A stretch of DNA of 64,000 nt from contig JAUVXU010000010.1 of assembly GCA_030603445.1 (NCBI GenBank), positions 355-64,354 of the forward strand, read 5' to 3'. Source of the DNA: Methanomicrobia archaeon. Its GTDB lineage: Archaea; Methanobacteriota_B; Thermococci; Methanofastidiosales; NM3. Numbering within the stretch: position 1 is the stretch's first letter; every line of letters begins with the position of its first letter. The translations under genes were made by a program, and so were the position numbers. Below, in pieces: positions 61,556 through 64,000 of this stretch. Under the pieces are notes generated by a model. The model did not search any database and was not told where the DNA came from. It saw nothing but the letters and a program-made list of their open reading frames with translations.

Positions 61556-63736
61556 TCAGTTGCATTCGCATCCGAGTGCTTCGCTTATACTTTCCATTAG
61601 TTTTATTGCTTTTACAAGCTCGCCGTTAGAGTATATGGGGTTTGAAAGAGATGCTGCATTTGCCATATGCACCTGCGCTTGCCCAATCATTTCCTGGACG
61701 TCTTCCGGTATCTCTTCTGGCAGGTTTTCAGCGATGCAATTCCATATTGTGTTTGCCTGAATCAGATGACAGTTCACTAGTGGCTTGAATATTAGTATAG
61801 ATACAGCTGTTGCATCGGTATGCGAAGCCTCATCAACGCCCATGTCAAATCCCTCTCCCAAAGGCCTTACGTCTCCTTCCATGTCTGTGTAGACCCCTGC
61901 ATCCGTTCCCGTATCGATGCACGGGGAGCCTTTCTGAAGATGGAAATCGCCAGCTGCCGCATCAACGAACAGTGGGTCGGTGTCTATATTGCCTTCTCCG
62001 GTGTAACCTCCCTCCACATCGGAGTAAGTGACATTTGGAGAAGATGTGGTGTTGTGAATTTCATTGGGCGCATCTCCCCACAGGATGCAGTTGGTGATTG
62101 TTGGGGAAGAGGAGTACTTCGAGTTCATTCCTCCGCCGTTAAAAGCTGTATTGTTGCTGAAGGTGCAGTTGGCGAGGGTTGGGGAAGAGTGATCGTTGTA
62201 CATTCCTCCTCCTTCAACAGTGGCTGTATTGCCGCTGAAGGTGCAGTTGGCAAAGGTTGGGGAAGAGTATTCCTCGTTGTACATTCCTCCACCATCAGAA
62301 TTGGCTGTATTGTTGTTGAAGGTGCAGTTGGCGAGGGTTGGGGAAGAGTGATCGTTGTACATTCCTCCGCCGTTGGAGGCTGTATTTGAGCTGAAGGTGC
62401 AGTTGGTAAAGGTTGGGGAAGAATACCAGCTGTTGTACATTCCTCCACCTTTGTAGGCTGTATTGCCGCTGAAGGTGCAGTTGGCAAAGGTTGGGGAAGT
62501 GGAGTAATTATACATTCCTCCGCCACTAATGAAAGTGGCTGTATTGCCGCTGAATGTGCAGTTGGTGAGGGTTAAGGAAGGAGAACAGTCGTTGTACATT
62601 CCTCCGCCGTAATCATTTGCTATATTGCTGCTGAAGGTGCAGTTGGTGAGGGTTGGGGAGGAGGCCCAGTTATTGTACATTCCGGCGCCAAGAGTGGCTG
62701 TGTTGCCGCTGAAGGTGCAGTTGGTGAGGGTTGGGGAGGAGGGGTAGTTCATCATTCCTCCGCCGCAGGATGTAGCCACATTGTCGCTGAAGGTGCAGTT
62801 GGTGAGGGTTGGGGAGGAGCCCCTGTTGTGCATTCCTCCGCCATCGGAAGTGGCTGTATTGCCGGTGAAGGTGCAGTCGGTGAGGGTCGGGGAAGAGTTT
62901 TCGTTGTGCATTCCAGCGCCGTCATGAGTGGCTGTATTGTTGTTGAAGGTGCAGTTGGTGAGGGTTGAGGGTGAGTCGTGGTTGTACATTCCGGCGCCAT
63001 GGGCAGCTGCTGTATTGCCGGTGAAGGTGCAGTCGGTGAGGGTCGGGGATGAAGAGTCGCTGTACATTCCTCCTCCGGAATGATTGGATGTATTGTTGTT
63101 GAATGTGCAGTTTGTGAGGGTTGGGGAGGAGCCCCTGTAATTGTACATTCCTCCACCATCGGAAGTGGCTGTATTGTTGTTGAAGGTGCAGTTGGTGAGG
63201 GTCGGGAAAGAGTTTTCGTTGTACATTCCAGCGCCATCGACAGTAGCTGTATTGCCGCTGAATGTGCAGTTGGTGAGGGTCGGGGAGGAGTCCCAGTTGT
63301 ACATTCCTCCGCCGGCAGCAGCTATATTGTAGCTGAAGGTGCAGTTGGTAATTGTTGTGGATGAGCCACTGAAGTTGTACATTCCTCCTCCGCCGGCAGC
63401 ATCTAATCCGTTGGTTATGGTAAAACCGCTTAGCACTGTCGTGCTGCCTACTCCACTAGCTTTCACCACGGTATCGATTCCGCCACCGTTTATGGTGGTG
63501 GAAGCCTCGCCATCTCCTATAAGCGCCACTCCGTCCTTGAGCGTGATATTCTCGGTGTACGTTCCTGCATGCACATAGATTGTATCTCCACTAGAAGCTA
63601 CATCTATTGCAGCTTGGATAGCCCCAGGGGGGTCAATACTATATACATGGTAGTCTGCTGCACTCACGGTATTGACTGCAGATAATAAAGAAAACAAAAA
63701 CATGATTGCTATAATTAGAACTTTAATTTTTTTCAT
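61556..63736 (-). CDS. secreted parallel beta-helix repeat protein (choice-of-anchor Q-like end) with shared C-terminal tail
   Basis: IQAAID...GTYTE, ~17 GGGMYN..SSPTLTNCTF..N repeats, DPLFVD..DFHL..SPCID..DMG; tail ends ...EALGCECN. Confidence 0.85.
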   Translation of the reverse strand: MKKIKVLIIAIMFLFSLLSAVNTVSAADYHVYSIDPPGAIQAAIDVASSGDTIYVHAGTYTENITLKDGVALIGDGEASTTINGGGIDTVVKASGVGSTTVLSGFTITNGLDAAGGGGMYNFSGSSTTITNCTFSYNIAAAGGGMYNWDSSPTLTNCTFSGNTATVDGAGMYNENSFPTLTNCTFNNNTATSDGGGMYNYRGSSPTLTNCTFNNNTSNHSGGGMYSDSSSPTLTDCTFTGNTAAAHGAGMYNHDSPSTLTNCTFNNNTATHDGAGMHNENSSPTLTDCTFTGNTATSDGGGMHNRGSSPTLTNCTFSDNVATSCGGGMMNYPSSPTLTNCTFSGNTATLGAGMYNNWASSPTLTNCTFSSNIANDYGGGMYNDCSPSLTLTNCTFSGNTATFISGGGMYNYSTSPTFANCTFSGNTAYKGGGMYNSWYSSPTFTNCTFSSNTASNGGGMYNDHSSPTLANCTFNNNTANSDGGGMYNEEYSSPTFANCTFSGNTATVEGGGMYNDHSSPTLANCTFSNNTAFNGGGMNSKYSSSPTITNCILWGDAPNEIHNTTSSPNVTYSDVEGGYTGEGNIDTDPLFVDAAAGDFHLQKGSPCIDTGTDAGVYTDMEGDVRPLGEGFDMGVDEASHTDATAVSILIFKPLVNCHLIQANTIWNCIAENLPEEIPEDVQEMIGQAQVHMANAASLSNPIYSNGELVKAIKLMESISEALGCECN
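62090..63400 (-). repeat. ~17 tandem ~75-bp beta-helix repeats
   Basis: Recurrent gaaggtgcagttggtgagggt and gtacattcctcc units. Confidence 0.9.
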
Positions 63737-63885
63737 ATTGCTCTATCCCCGTTTTTGGATTTGCATTAAAATAATAATTAAATAAGATAAATCATAAGAT
63801 AAATGTTTCTGTGAAAGGAGGTTTTTATTTTTATATGAATGAAGAAAAGATTAGGAAAGTGCGTTCTGGAATTCTAGCTTACTTC
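63733..63885 (-). promoter_or_regulatory. conserved upstream element of tail-family genes (proximal part, copy 3)
   Basis: tttttggatttg, taaatgtttctgtgaa, tatttttata.gaatgaagaaaaga and gaattcta match 14590-14725. Confidence 0.65.
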
Positions 63886-63910
63886 CCTTTATATTTATTA
63901 AAATCTTCTT

Positions 63911-64000
63911 TTAAACGTTGATAAATCTATTTATCTCCCAATCCGAAACCTTGGTACAGTAGTCTTTCCACTCAAGGGCCTTAAGACGCATAAACTCATT
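63911..64000 (-). CDS. glnA: glutamine synthetase, C-terminal 29 aa (gene enters from beyond the window)
   Basis: NEFMRLKALEWKDYCTKVSDWEINRFINV* matches the GS type I C-terminus (K..EW..Y...V..WE). Confidence 0.75.
   Translation of the reverse strand, partial: NEFMRLKALEWKDYCTKVSDWEINRFINV

Noticed and set aside
62090-63400. Regular ~75-bp repeats resembling a CRISPR array or DGR template/variable pairs
   Set aside because: They are in-frame coding repeats of a beta-helix protein; there are no unique spacers, cas genes or reverse transcriptase in the window.

Overview
Archaeal chromosomal segment. Thermococcales/Methanococcales-type S-layer proteins, an archaeal A-type ATPase, KEOPS and a geranylgeranyl reductase suggest a Thermococci-related lineage such as Methanofastidiosia or Theionarchaea (inference only). 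Housekeeping content: dapA/dapB, the HMG-CoA synthase-thiolase-DUF35 operon, a kae1-tsaC-bud32-rdgB-rps15-recJ::pcc1 operon, atpHIKECFABD, surE, nadA, tRNA-Gln(CTG), paaK-SSS-ACT, rtcA, ogt, pcm, hmgA, bioY with a BirA operator, two tandem S-layer genes, amrS, ferredoxin-GGR, upp and the 3' end of glnA. Two accessory features stand out. (i) A very AT-rich island (~38.15-41.8 kb) holds an intact, translationally coupled three-gene operon (Panacea/SocA-like protein, PIN nuclease, divergent TGT-like TIM-barrel) next to a decayed transposase and AbrB-like gene; it is a candidate uncharacterised toxin-antitoxin or defence system. (ii) Three secreted proteins with unrelated passenger domains share a near-identical ~85-aa C-terminal tail ending in GCEC(I/N) and conserved upstream DNA; they are a candidate surface-display or anchoring module. 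Several genes missing from the ORF track were read by hand. All assignments come from motif recognition, not database searches.
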